A stretch of 64,000 nt of DNA from a virus (taxonomy: Duplodnaviria; Caudoviricetes). Made by a program: the position numbers and the translations under genes. The stretch is taken from positions 23,250-87,249 of the IMG/VR virus record IMGVR_UViG_3300014968_000012. One strand, written 5' to 3'. The notes under the pieces were generated by a model that saw nothing but the letters and a program-made list of their open reading frames with translations, was not told where the DNA came from and did no database searches. Positions 54,147-62,732 of this stretch are shown one piece after another. Each line of letters opens with the position of its first letter. Position 1 is the first letter of the stretch.

Positions 54147-54494
54147 TCAGGGATGCTCGTCGGGTTCGTCATCCTGTGGTGGTACCGATTCAGCCCCGTG
54201 ATGTCCCTCGCGCACGTGCGCGTGGAGCTCGGCGGCTATCGTCTTGAGCCGCTTCCGGATATCGATTTGGTCGGCGCCCTGCGCGGTCAGGATGGCCAGG
54301 ATCGCGGTCACGTCGTCGCGCAGGGACCGGGACCCGTTCTGGGCCGGCCCGGGCGTGAGCTCGTCCACCCCGACCTGTGTCACGTTCTCCAGGCGCCGGA
54401 TGTGCCGCTTGATCCACCGGCACACCACGGCGCTGAGGAAACCGGCGATCCCGCACAGCGACGCCGCGGTGGAAATCCACTGTGTCAGGTCCAC
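54147..54494 (-). CDS. Single-TM membrane protein (holin-associated / DUF2746-like)
   Basis: N-terminal TM helix followed by EL.P...NGS.SLRD.V coiled coil. Confidence 0.55.
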   Translation of the reverse strand: MDLTQWISTAASLCGIAGFLSAVVCRWIKRHIRRLENVTQVGVDELTPGPAQNGSRSLRDDVTAILAILTAQGADQIDIRKRLKTIAAELHAHVREGHHGAESVPPQDDEPDEHP

Positions 54495-54709
54495 CAGATC
54501 ACCCCGTCCGCCGGCGGTAGGCCGCCCGGGCGCGCCGGAGTCGCCAGACAGAGCGACGCGCCCGGACGTGGCGCCATGCTCGCACATCCGGGCGCCCCGC
54601 GATCATGAGGCGCGCTGGCGCCCGAGCGTACGGGATCTGACGAAACCCCGTAGCGGCCAGCGGGGGCCGGCTGTACCGTGGCCGAACCGCCGCGCTCCGG
54701 TATGAAAAA

Positions 54710-55600
54710 CGCCAACATCCATTGGAAGGGATGGGGCCGATCCTCGGGGCGCGGCGCTTTCGACGCCGGCCACGCCCGAGCTGGGCGCCCGGCGCGCCGG
54801 CGGGGAGGTAGCGCCGGGGGGGTGCGCGCGCCTGGTCTGCGAGCGCGCCCCCGAGCCCCGGGTACAAGGCGCGGCGGTGTCCGCGCCCAACCCTCACGTG
54901 AGCGCGGACACCGCCGCCGCGGCGCTCACCGCCCCCCGGGGCGCCGCAGGGGCGCCCCGCCGGATCCGGTCACGGCCGGGCGCCCTGGTCCTGTTGGCAC
55001 GCACGCCCGGCGTCCGGCTGATGCGGGAGCCGATTACCGACGTCGGGACGTGCGTGCGGTGAGCGATCCCCACATCACCGCGGGCGGCCACTCGCGGAAC
55101 AGGCTATGTCGCACAAGTGACGCGTGTCCGGCGATTGGGATAATTCGTTCCCTGATTCACGGTCGCGGCCCGCCTTCCCTCCAGGGAAAAGACGGGCCGC
55201 GCGCGGGGGTGGGGAAGCGTCGGGAGCAGTTGACGCGTACACCCGGCATCCGAAACGAAAGGGAGGTTCCCGTCCGTCCTTGGCCGTGGCCGCCGCCCGA
55301 CGCCGTCACCCTCACGACACGCCCCACACAACGGTCGGGGTCGTTGCGACACACGGCGCGTTCCTTGCAGGGAAGTTACGCAGGGTGCTGCGGGGGAGTG
55401 TCGTCCGGCTATCGTCGGGCGGCGGCCACCGGGAGACAGACTAGGGCGCCCCGGCCGAGCGTGTCAGGGGAATGCGACAATCCGCGTTCGTTTGTTCACG
55501 GAAAGTCACGTCACCGTCGGCGACGTGCGCCGGAACCCTATTCCCCTGTGTATGCGCGCTCTTGCATGCGCGACACAGTGTCAGCGTTCTGCGACCTAGC
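54710..55600 (+). ncRNA. Candidate large structured non-coding RNA (~0.9 kb)
   Basis: No credible ORF; perfect 16-bp and 17-bp stems, a ~20-bp long-range stem 54973-54995/55435-55457 and many nested hairpins; G-U pairs favour the + strand; boundaries approximate. Confidence 0.55.
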
Positions 55601-55620
55601 GCAACGTGGCGCGGTACGCC

Positions 55621-55649
55621 GAAGCCCCCGGCGCGTGGCCGGGGGCTTC
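55621..55649. terminator. Bidirectional hairpin
   Basis: gaagcccccgg-cgcgtgg-ccgggggcttc. Confidence 0.7.
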
Positions 55650-55672
55650 GGCGGAACGGTGGCGCCGGTGGG

Positions 55673-56068
55673 TCAGCGGACGTAGTGCGCGCGGCCGTAG
55701 GTCTTGCGGTGGACCATCACGACCGGCCGGCGGGCGGCGCGCTTGGCGGCCTGCGCGGCGCGGTACGCCTTGCTCTCCTCCACGCTGTCCTCTTCCCGGT
55801 CCATCCACGTGGCGCGCGGCGAGGGGTGCTCCAGGCGGGCCCGGGCCTGCGCGAAGCGGCGCACGGCGGCCACCTCGTCGCGCGTCGGGTTCGCGATGTG
55901 GTCCAGCTCCATGGACATCCAGAACGCCACGGCGTCGGCGCGGCGGTGGCCCAGCTCCACGTCCTCGGGCGTGGCCGACACGACCGGGAACCAGTCGGGC
56001 AGGGTGTCCACGATCGCGTCCACGCCGAGCTCGGCGGCGCGGTCCTGGGCGGTGGCGGTGATGGTCAT
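55673..56068 (-). CDS. Hypothetical protein (cassette gene)
   Basis: Downstream of a cassette. Confidence 0.7.
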   Translation of the reverse strand: MTITATAQDRAAELGVDAIVDTLPDWFPVVSATPEDVELGHRRADAVAFWMSMELDHIANPTRDEVAAVRRFAQARARLEHPSPRATWMDREEDSVEESKAYRAAQAAKRAARRPVVMVHRKTYGRAHYVR

Positions 56069-56075
56069 CGGTGTG

Positions 56076-56144
56076 TCCTCTTCGCTTGGCGGCGTGTTCT
56101 TCTGACAAGAGAAACGTTACAGTGTCGCGTCCCACACTGTCAAC
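56076..56144 (-). promoter_or_regulatory. Conserved promoter-leader cassette
   Basis: TTGACA(56143-38)-N18-TAACGT; CACGCCGCCAAGCGAAGAGGAC. Confidence 0.88.
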
Positions 56145-56184
56145 GGGCGGGGCACGGGCATCCCGCGCCCCCCGCTGGTGCGGA

Positions 56185-56868
56185 TCAGGCGGCCAGCGCC
56201 AGGGCGGCCCGGGCCGGGGCGTAGCGCTCGCGAGCGGACTCGGCGAGGTGGTACAGCGGCGTCCCGTCGAAGTCGGCCGACTCGATCACGTCGCCAGCGG
56301 CGACCATCCGGCGCAGGGTCGCGGCCAGGGTGGACGCCCGGAAACCGGTGTGCTCGGGGTGGACCGTCGTCGCCTGGATCGGGTTGTACGACAGGGTCGC
56401 GGCGATGGCCAGGGCGGACGCCGACGGCTTGCGCGTCCGGGTCTTCGTGGTCTTCGCCGGCGCGGCCGCCGGGGCGGACTCGGCGGCCGGGGCCGGCTCG
56501 GCGACGCCCAGCACGGCGCGGCCGGCTTCGGTCAGGACCGCCACGACGTCGCACCGCTTGGCCATCCGGCCGGCGTAGTCCGCCATCATCGGGACGTCCG
56601 GGAACAGGTCCACCGTGTAGAAGTCGCCGCGGCGCTCCACCGCGACCAGGCCCCCGCCCACCAGGTCCACGATCTCGTCCGTGACCAGCGTTTCCCAGTT
56701 GCGGTCCCCCCGGTACATGGCGCCGATCTGGCAACCCTCGATCGCGGCCACCTTGTGCTCGTGGCGCGGGCCGTACTGAGTCGAGAACATCCCCGAGACG
56801 TGACCGGCGTGGACGGTGGCCAGAAGCTCGCGCATCACGGGGCCTATCCGCAGGGTCTTGGCGCTCAT
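56185..56868 (-). CDS. Two-domain cassette protein with a C-terminal wHTH shared with 38167-39147
   Basis: PSASALAIAATLSYNP...YHLAESAR. Confidence 0.75.
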   Translation of the reverse strand: MSAKTLRIGPVMRELLATVHAGHVSGMFSTQYGPRHEHKVAAIEGCQIGAMYRGDRNWETLVTDEIVDLVGGGLVAVERRGDFYTVDLFPDVPMMADYAGRMAKRCDVVAVLTEAGRAVLGVAEPAPAAESAPAAAPAKTTKTRTRKPSASALAIAATLSYNPIQATTVHPEHTGFRASTLAATLRRMVAAGDVIESADFDGTPLYHLAESARERYAPARAALALAA

Positions 56869-56871
56869 CGG

Positions 56872-56940
56872 GGTGTCCTCTCGCTTGGCGGCTTGTCCTT
56901 ACGAGAGAAACGTTACAGTGTCGGACCCGACATTGTCAAC
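56872..56940 (-). promoter_or_regulatory. Conserved promoter-leader cassette
   Basis: TTGACA(56939-34)-N18-TAACGT; GCCGCCAAGCGAGAGGAC. Confidence 0.88.
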
Positions 56941-57147
56941 ATGTGAGGCGCGAAGAAAGGCCCCGGGCAGCACTTCCCGGGGCCCTTCATGCACCGCGCC
57001 CAGCCCAGCCGACGGGCCTTACGGTGCTCGGGCCGCACGCGCCACCTCCCCCAGCGTCACAGGGAGGCCGCACCACCGGCCCGCCGCGCGTACCCGATGA
57101 GCCCTGATCGTCCCGTATCCGACCACCGGCGCGCGCCGATCACCACG

Positions 57148-58764
57148 TTACGTCAGCGTCCAGGCACACGACGGCGTGGCGCCCGTGTAGGTCAGCGTGA
57201 TGGCCGAGCCCGACGGCACCGACACCGGCCCGGACGTGACCGGCTTCGCCTGACCGTCCACAGAGATCCCCGTGACACCGGCGCCGCTCACCATCACCTC
57301 AGCGTCCCGCCAGAACGGGTTGTGCAGCGCCGTCCCGCTCGCCGGAACCGTCGGCGCGTCGGCGGCCGCGACGGCGCCCGTCTTCTGGTCGCTATTGATG
57401 ATCTTGACGTGGGTCGTGCCCGTCACCGCCGTGGCCGCCGGCGGGTTCAGCGCGCCGTTCAACGAGACGCCGTCGGTGCCGTTGGACCCGATCGTGATCC
57501 GGCCAGACGCCGGCGACACGCACGAGTCCGTGAAGATGGGCCCGGGCCCCCACTCCACGTCCGCCATTTCGATGATCAGCTTTCCCGTGGACCCGGCCAT
57601 CTGGATCAAGTTGTGGCCGTTCTCGTTGCACATGTAGTCCACGTGGTTCTGATGCGGCGTGGACTGGTTAGACCACACGATGAAGTTCGTGTAGTTGTTC
57701 ACCAGCCGCAGGGACTCAGCCTGGAGGTGTTCGTACACGACCAGGCCGTACGTCAACCCCTGCGCGCCGAAGAACCCGATGTCACACCGGGCGTTGTTCG
57801 ACGGGAGCGGCATCGCCAGGCCGAACGCCCACCCTGGCGGCGGGATCAGCGGCGCGCCGTTCACGCCGGGGTCCTGCGCGGCCAGGACTACCGCGCTCTT
57901 GACGTAGGCCTGCGCGAAGCACCGCAGGTCGATACCCGAGACGTTCGGATGGTTCGGGACCGACACCTGGACGTTGTCGATGATCGGCAGGACGTTGCTC
58001 CAGTGCGCCGGCGGGTTGCTCCCGAGCCCCTGAGTGGTCGGGCCGCCGATCACGCTCGCCTCGCCGGCCGCCGGGATGCTGCCCCCCGCGTCCCACGTGG
58101 ACTTGAGCACCGCGCCGGCCTGTTGCGGGACCTTCTGTAGCCAGTGGTACAGCGGCGACTGATCCCCGACGTACGGGCACGTCCAGGTACCGATCATCTT
58201 CATGCCGGTGTCCGCGCCGGGCGCTGAATCAGTGCTCGTGTACGGCCACGGAAGTTGCGCGTTCCCGGAGTGGGCCGTACTCGGCGCGCTCGCGATGTGG
58301 TACGTCAGCGCGTCCAGAACCACGCTGTAGACGCCGTTATGGGACGCGGCGTAAGCCCACGCGTCGGCGTGGCACGCGTTCAGCGCGGCCGTGTCGTCGT
58401 GGTCGCCGTCGCCGACGGCCCCGTACGCCGAGACGGGGAACTCCCACGGCTTGAGCACCGGCGGCGCGCTGGACTTCCCGCACGTCGTGGGGTCGATCGT
58501 GCTCACCTGCGTGGCGCTGAGCGGGACGTACTGCCATGACGTGTTGGCTGCCGTGGAGTAGTCCGTCCCGCCGTCCTTCATGATCAGCCCCGACGGCATC
58601 GGGTTCGGAACCTCAAAGATCATTTGCTGATCCGTGCTGGTCCGTACCACCGCCGACGGGTTCGCAGACTGCCAGCACACGAGGCGCTGAGCGATCCACG
58701 TCGTAGGGTCCCCCCCGTGCGAATAATCCGCGTAGAACCGGAAACCACCGGTCGTCAGCGTCAT
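57148..58764 (-). CDS. Right-handed beta-helix (pectate lyase superfamily) tailspike/depolymerase-like protein
   Basis: VSAYGAVGDGDHDDTAALNAC motif; Asn/Gly-rich beta-helix body; RBS GGGAGG. Confidence 0.75.
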   Translation of the reverse strand: MTLTTGGFRFYADYSHGGDPTTWIAQRLVCWQSANPSAVVRTSTDQQMIFEVPNPMPSGLIMKDGGTDYSTAANTSWQYVPLSATQVSTIDPTTCGKSSAPPVLKPWEFPVSAYGAVGDGDHDDTAALNACHADAWAYAASHNGVYSVVLDALTYHIASAPSTAHSGNAQLPWPYTSTDSAPGADTGMKMIGTWTCPYVGDQSPLYHWLQKVPQQAGAVLKSTWDAGGSIPAAGEASVIGGPTTQGLGSNPPAHWSNVLPIIDNVQVSVPNHPNVSGIDLRCFAQAYVKSAVVLAAQDPGVNGAPLIPPPGWAFGLAMPLPSNNARCDIGFFGAQGLTYGLVVYEHLQAESLRLVNNYTNFIVWSNQSTPHQNHVDYMCNENGHNLIQMAGSTGKLIIEMADVEWGPGPIFTDSCVSPASGRITIGSNGTDGVSLNGALNPPAATAVTGTTHVKIINSDQKTGAVAAADAPTVPASGTALHNPFWRDAEVMVSGAGVTGISVDGQAKPVTSGPVSVPSGSAITLTYTGATPSCAWTLT

Positions 58765-58868
58765 GGCCCAAACCTCCCGAGATGTCAGATTTTGGACAAC
58801 TCCAGCGTAGGGACGGCACGCCGCCCGAGAGCCCCGCAGCGCCGCCCCGGTGATGCCAGAATCCGGTC

Positions 58869-59327
58869 ATGACTACGTACACGCCGCCGACCACCACGGC
58901 CACCGCCGACGCGGCCCGGCGCCCGAGCACCCAGAGAGCAGGCGCCGCCCGCCACCGCCGCACCCGCCCGGCCGTCCGCCAGCGCGCCGCGATGATGACC
59001 GCGCGCGGCGTCCTGGCCCTGGCCATCGTCCGCGCCTCCCGCGCCGACGCCGCCCCCGGGACCCGGACCGAGCCGACCGCCAACCCCGCCGCGGCCCGGG
59101 CTCGGCGCCGCCTCATCATCCGACCCGCCGCCGCACTCGGGACCGCCGCCCTGGCCGCCATCCTCGGGAGCGGCGCCGACCCGACGGCGCGCGCCGCCGG
59201 CCGCGCCGGCGACCCCGACGAGACGAACTGTCTCCCCGGCGCCGCGATCCTGCCCTTCCCTCAGTGGGCATGCGGCGACCGGCGCGCGCCGTCGGTCACG
59301 GTCCACACGGACGGCGAAGCGGCATGA
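58869..59327 (+). CDS. Hypothetical Ala/Arg-rich protein
   Basis: ATGA overlap with the next gene; low complexity. Confidence 0.45.
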   Translation: MTTYTPPTTTATADAARRPSTQRAGAARHRRTRPAVRQRAAMMTARGVLALAIVRASRADAAPGTRTEPTANPAAARARRRLIIRPAAALGTAALAAILGSGADPTARAAGRAGDPDETNCLPGAAILPFPQWACGDRRAPSVTVHTDGEAA

Positions 59328-59770
59328 GCGCCGCCCGACGCCGCGGCAAGGGAGGATTCCGGACGCGCCTCACCAGTGCGGCGGCCGCGCCCGAGCGCGC
59401 CCCGACGCCGGCCCGACCCCATCCCACACGTCCCGTCATCGTGACAATCGGCGGCCGCCCGGTCGTCTTCCGGGCCGTCCCGAGCATGTGGGACGCTTAC
59501 CGCCGGATGGCCCCCGACCTGACCCGATACCGCGAGCTGGGCGCCCGAGTCGAAATCCTGATGAAGATCGTCGCCCTGTTCGTCAGTGACGCCGACCTGG
59601 AGTACATCAAGGGCACGCTGACGAGCGCCGACGGCGGGACCAGCATCGCCGAACTCATGGCCGCAGTGGACAAGGTGCTGGCGGACATGGAGATCCAACT
59701 CATCCGCGCCGCCGTGTCCAAGGGCCCGGGCGACGAGAAAGACCCCTACGGCCCGGGGCCGACCACCTGA
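59324..59770 (+). CDS. Tail-assembly-chaperone-like paralog
   Basis: Pattern similarity to 15907-16338 (V.IGG..V.FR...; LF.S.AD.E.I...L; S..ELM.A.D.V). Confidence 0.45.
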   Translation: MSAARRRGKGGFRTRLTSAAAAPERAPTPARPHPTRPVIVTIGGRPVVFRAVPSMWDAYRRMAPDLTRYRELGARVEILMKIVALFVSDADLEYIKGTLTSADGGTSIAELMAAVDKVLADMEIQLIRAAVSKGPGDEKDPYGPGPTT

Positions 59771-59886
59771 GCACCGACCGAAGCCCCCGGGAACGCCCCG
59801 GGGGCTCAGTTGTCGTACAAGCTCCCTCGCGGCCGCCGAGAGCGCCGCCGAGCCGTCGCACCAGCCCCGACCTGGGCCGGGATTCG

Positions 59887-59907
59887 GTGACAGGCCGAGC
59901 CTGTCAC
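59887..59907. promoter_or_regulatory. Palindromic operator-like site, copy 9
   Basis: GTGACAGG-ccgag-CCTGTCAC. Confidence 0.75.
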
Positions 59908-59992
59908 CCGTTGGACTCGTAACCGAAGCCCCGGCCGACCGGACCACCACGGCGCCGAGCGCCCCGTGGAAGCCCCCTGCGGCCCGCGTACC

Positions 59993-60490
59993 ATGACGCG
60001 GATGGAAGCCCCCGCCATCCGGCCACCCCTCACGCGGTACCTGTGTCCTCTCCCGTCGTGCGACTGGCACCACGACGAACCGGACGCGGCGTGGTCGGAC
60101 GCCTCAGCGGTGTTCGACGCCATGGCGCCCGGGTTGCCGGACCTCATGGCCGCGTTCGACGCCGTGACCCCCGACGACTACGCCGCGGCGAGCGCCGTTC
60201 TCGGACCGGACGGCGTCCTGGCCACGATGTGCGGCGCGCTCGCCATGAGTCGGGCACGCCACACGGATGACCTGTTGTGGACGCACTTCCAGACGCACCC
60301 CCTGACGGAATGGGTGCTGGAGGCCGCGCGGCTCGGCGCCGAGCTCGCCGCGCTGAACCACCGGCCGTTGCCCAGCGCGCCGCTGCCCGAGGACCCGTCG
60401 CTGAGGGATTGGGTGCTGGAGGTGCTGCGGATGGGGAACGAGCTCGCCGAGCTCCAGGCGGCGCCGGCCGACCAGGGGCCGGCGGACTGA
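59993..60490 (+). CDS. Hypothetical protein with a C2H2-like motif and a short C-terminal repeat
   Basis: YLCPLPSCDWHH...HFQTH; EWVLEAARLGAEL / DWVLEVLRMGNEL; start uncertain. Confidence 0.65.
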   Translation: MTRMEAPAIRPPLTRYLCPLPSCDWHHDEPDAAWSDASAVFDAMAPGLPDLMAAFDAVTPDDYAAASAVLGPDGVLATMCGALAMSRARHTDDLLWTHFQTHPLTEWVLEAARLGAELAALNHRPLPSAPLPEDPSLRDWVLEVLRMGNELAELQAAPADQGPAD

Positions 60491-60544
60491 GCACGAGAAC
60501 GGCCCCGGGCGACGTCTCCCGGGGCCGCTTCGTCGGACGCCACC

Positions 60545-60835
60545 CTACCGACGTCGCCGGCCGTGCGGCCCGGCGATCCGGCGGTACGCCAACCACGCTT
60601 GGAACCCGGTCACGTACGCCACCGGCCACACCGTCACGGCGGCCGCCGCCACGAAGCGGCGCCCGTACAGCTCGTCGTTGAAGCGGCACAGGTTCATCAT
60701 CGTGCGCGCGTCCGTGGCGTAGGCCACGGCCAGCGCTTGAGTGATCGGGCCGCCCTGCGCGGCTCGGGGGACCACCCACCACGCCATGTAGCCGGCGGGA
60801 AGACCGGTCAGGACCCATACCAGGGCCGGGAGCAT
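60545..60835 (-). CDS. Small membrane protein
   Basis: Two hydrophobic segments and a basic tail. Confidence 0.55.
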   Translation of the reverse strand: MLPALVWVLTGLPAGYMAWWVVPRAAQGGPITQALAVAYATDARTMMNLCRFNDELYGRRFVAAAAVTVWPVAYVTGFQAWLAYRRIAGPHGRRRR

Positions 60836-60920
60836 GACCACCACCTCTTTCGGGGAAGTTCGCTGATGCAAGCTACCGTCAGTGAGTAATCCAGCGCAGG
60901 GCGCTGACACAATTCGTGAC

Positions 60921-61238
60921 ATGGACACTCAGCAAGGCGCGGCGCCCCCGGCGTACGTCCGGTGTCGGTTCCACGTCCCGACGCCCGACGGTCCCCGGCA
61001 CATCCCCGTGGAGGGGCCCGACGGCTCGGACTGTCTGCTCACCGTGCACCCGCCGGCCGTCGGCGACGTCGTCCGCGTCCAGGCCAAGCACTCGGGCGGG
61101 GACTTCGTCGTCCGCCGGCGCTTCTGGGAACCGGTGCCGTACGGCTCCCGCCAGTGGCCCGCCGGGAACCAGGTCCCGTACTGCGGCCCGGTGCTGCAAC
61201 TGGAGGTCACCCCGTACCAGCCCGAGGGGCTTCGGTGA
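60921..61238 (+). CDS. Hypothetical protein
   Basis: PP.VGD.V...F.V.RR.W pattern. Confidence 0.6.
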   Translation: MDTQQGAAPPAYVRCRFHVPTPDGPRHIPVEGPDGSDCLLTVHPPAVGDVVRVQAKHSGGDFVVRRRFWEPVPYGSRQWPAGNQVPYCGPVLQLEVTPYQPEGLR

Positions 61239-61465
61239 GCGCGGCCGCCGTCCCGGCCTGTACCGACGAACAGCACCAGGTGGAATCGATGATCATCGAT
61301 CACGGTCGCGTCGGTGCGCTGTGCCTGGTCCTGGGCGCCGACTGCCAGTGCGGCGCCCAGCGCATCCGGCTCACGTTCACGCACAGCGAAGCCGCCGACT
61401 TCCACGCCGAGCTCGGCGCGGCGCTCGCGCGCCCGCACGAGACAGAGCCCCGGGCCCATCCATAG
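61235..61465 (+). CDS. Small hypothetical protein
   Basis: GTGA overlap. Confidence 0.5.
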   Translation: MSAAAVPACTDEQHQVESMIIDHGRVGALCLVLGADCQCGAQRIRLTFTHSEAADFHAELGAALARPHETEPRAHP

Positions 61466-61521
61466 GGCCCGGGGCTCGGTCGGGGGCTTAGCAAGAGCCG
61501 TGATTTTATCCGCGCTGGTCT

Positions 61522-61794
61522 TTACCCCTGGTGCATGGAGGCCGGGTCACCGATCAGGGAGACTTCCACGGCGTCCGGCCACGCGAGGGAGAACGCCTTG
61601 TCCAGCGCCTCGTCAGTCGTGAAGCCGTCCGTCCCGTCCTCAGTGGTCTGCAACACTTCCGCCGGCTCCCCGCACTGGAAGACGTTCCACGCCTGCGGGT
61701 CGGCGGCCGTGCGTGTCATGTAGGCCATGACGGGACGGGACACGGTGGAGGCGTCGCACAGGAAGACGGTGCGAACGTGGGCGGGGATCTCCAC
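61522..61794 (-). CDS. Small hypothetical protein
   Basis: Operonic with 61796-62356. Confidence 0.5.
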   Translation of the reverse strand: MEIPAHVRTVFLCDASTVSRPVMAYMTRTAADPQAWNVFQCGEPAEVLQTTEDGTDGFTTDEALDKAFSLAWPDAVEVSLIGDPASMHQG

Positions 61795-61795
61795 G

Positions 61796-62356
61796 TCACG
61801 CCCCCTCGCGCGGGATCGCCGCGCCCATGATGAGTGCCGCCACCATCGTGTTATAGACGTCCTCCCGGTCCATCCCGAGTCCGGACGCCAGGATCCCGGC
61901 CGGTCCCGGGTACGGCATGCCCGGGAACCCGACGCCGTGCCAGGCTTCCGAGTCGCCGGTGAACTTGGCGGCCTCGTCGTGGAGCTGGGCGGCGTACAGC
62001 GCGCCGTTCACGTGCTCGGACTCGGGGAGTTCGTACTCCCGGCTCTGCCACGCCAGGCTGAGCAGGATCGCCGCGCGCGTCTCGCCGGCGGCTTCGGCCC
62101 AGACCTGGTCCAACAGGGCCGGGTTCGTCGCGGCGGCGTCCGGGTTCTCGTCGTGTTCGGCCAGCGCCCCGGACAGGTAGCCCATCACGTCGGGGATCTG
62201 GAAGGCGATCCCCATCAGCGCCATGGGGTCGCTCCCGCCGCCGGCCGCCAGGTTGTCCCAGACGTTCCCGCCCGGGACGGTGCTCGGGACGGTGAGGTCA
62301 AAGATCGGGATCTCGCCGGGGAAGTCGCCGGCGGCGGGTCCCTCGTTCTGCGTCAT
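61796..62356 (-). CDS. Hypothetical acidic protein
   Basis: RBS AGGAG; codon bias. Confidence 0.7.
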   Translation of the reverse strand: MTQNEGPAAGDFPGEIPIFDLTVPSTVPGGNVWDNLAAGGGSDPMALMGIAFQIPDVMGYLSGALAEHDENPDAAATNPALLDQVWAEAAGETRAAILLSLAWQSREYELPESEHVNGALYAAQLHDEAAKFTGDSEAWHGVGFPGMPYPGPAGILASGLGMDREDVYNTMVAALIMGAAIPREGA

Positions 62357-62507
62357 GCTCGTGTGTCTCCTGTCGTGTGTGGTCTGATCGTCGGTGCGGC
62401 GGTGGCCGGCCTACTACGGATGGGCCGGCCGCCGTCGGTGTTGAAGCCTTCCACGGTCCGGTGACAGTCCGCGACCGGTTCGGGACGACGTGGCTACTCT
62501 GTGCCGC

Positions 62508-62729
62508 ATGAGCACCCTGAATCGTCCTCACGTGGATCTTGAAGCGATCCGCGCCCGGAACGCACGCGCCGCGGCGTCGGGCGCCGTCACCCTGCGGTTC
62601 GACGGGAACGCGCCGGCTGACATGGCGATGGCGTCGCTACGCCAGACGCGCCAGGACGTCGCCGCGCTCTTGGCGCTCGTGGACTGGTTCGACTGTCGCT
62701 CTACGGACCCTGTCGCTGACGAGGGGTAG
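62508..62729 (+). CDS. Small hypothetical protein
   Basis: DLEAIRAR...DVAALLA.V motif common in actinophages. Confidence 0.55.
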   Translation: MSTLNRPHVDLEAIRARNARAAASGAVTLRFDGNAPADMAMASLRQTRQDVAALLALVDWFDCRSTDPVADEG

Positions 62730-62732
62730 ACC

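Noticed and set aside
54634-54720. Hammerhead ribozyme core (CTGACGA)
   Set aside because: No properly placed stem II, GAAA and NUH cleavage triplet could be built
54732-54770. tmRNA 5' end (GGGGCCGATC...TTTCGAC)
   Set aside because: The spacing is wrong and no T-arm or CCA-type 3' end is found downstream
55434-55510. Group I intron R/S elements (ACAGACTA ... AAGTC)
   Set aside because: P7 pairing is incomplete, GACTAG is better explained by the long-range stem with 54985-90, and no interrupted host gene flanks it
30011-56940. CRISPR array or integron attC sites as an explanation of the repeated cassettes
   Set aside because: The repeats are separated by whole genes of variable length, with no cas genes. 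GTTGACA/GTTACAG do not fit GTTRRRY and no integron integrase is present
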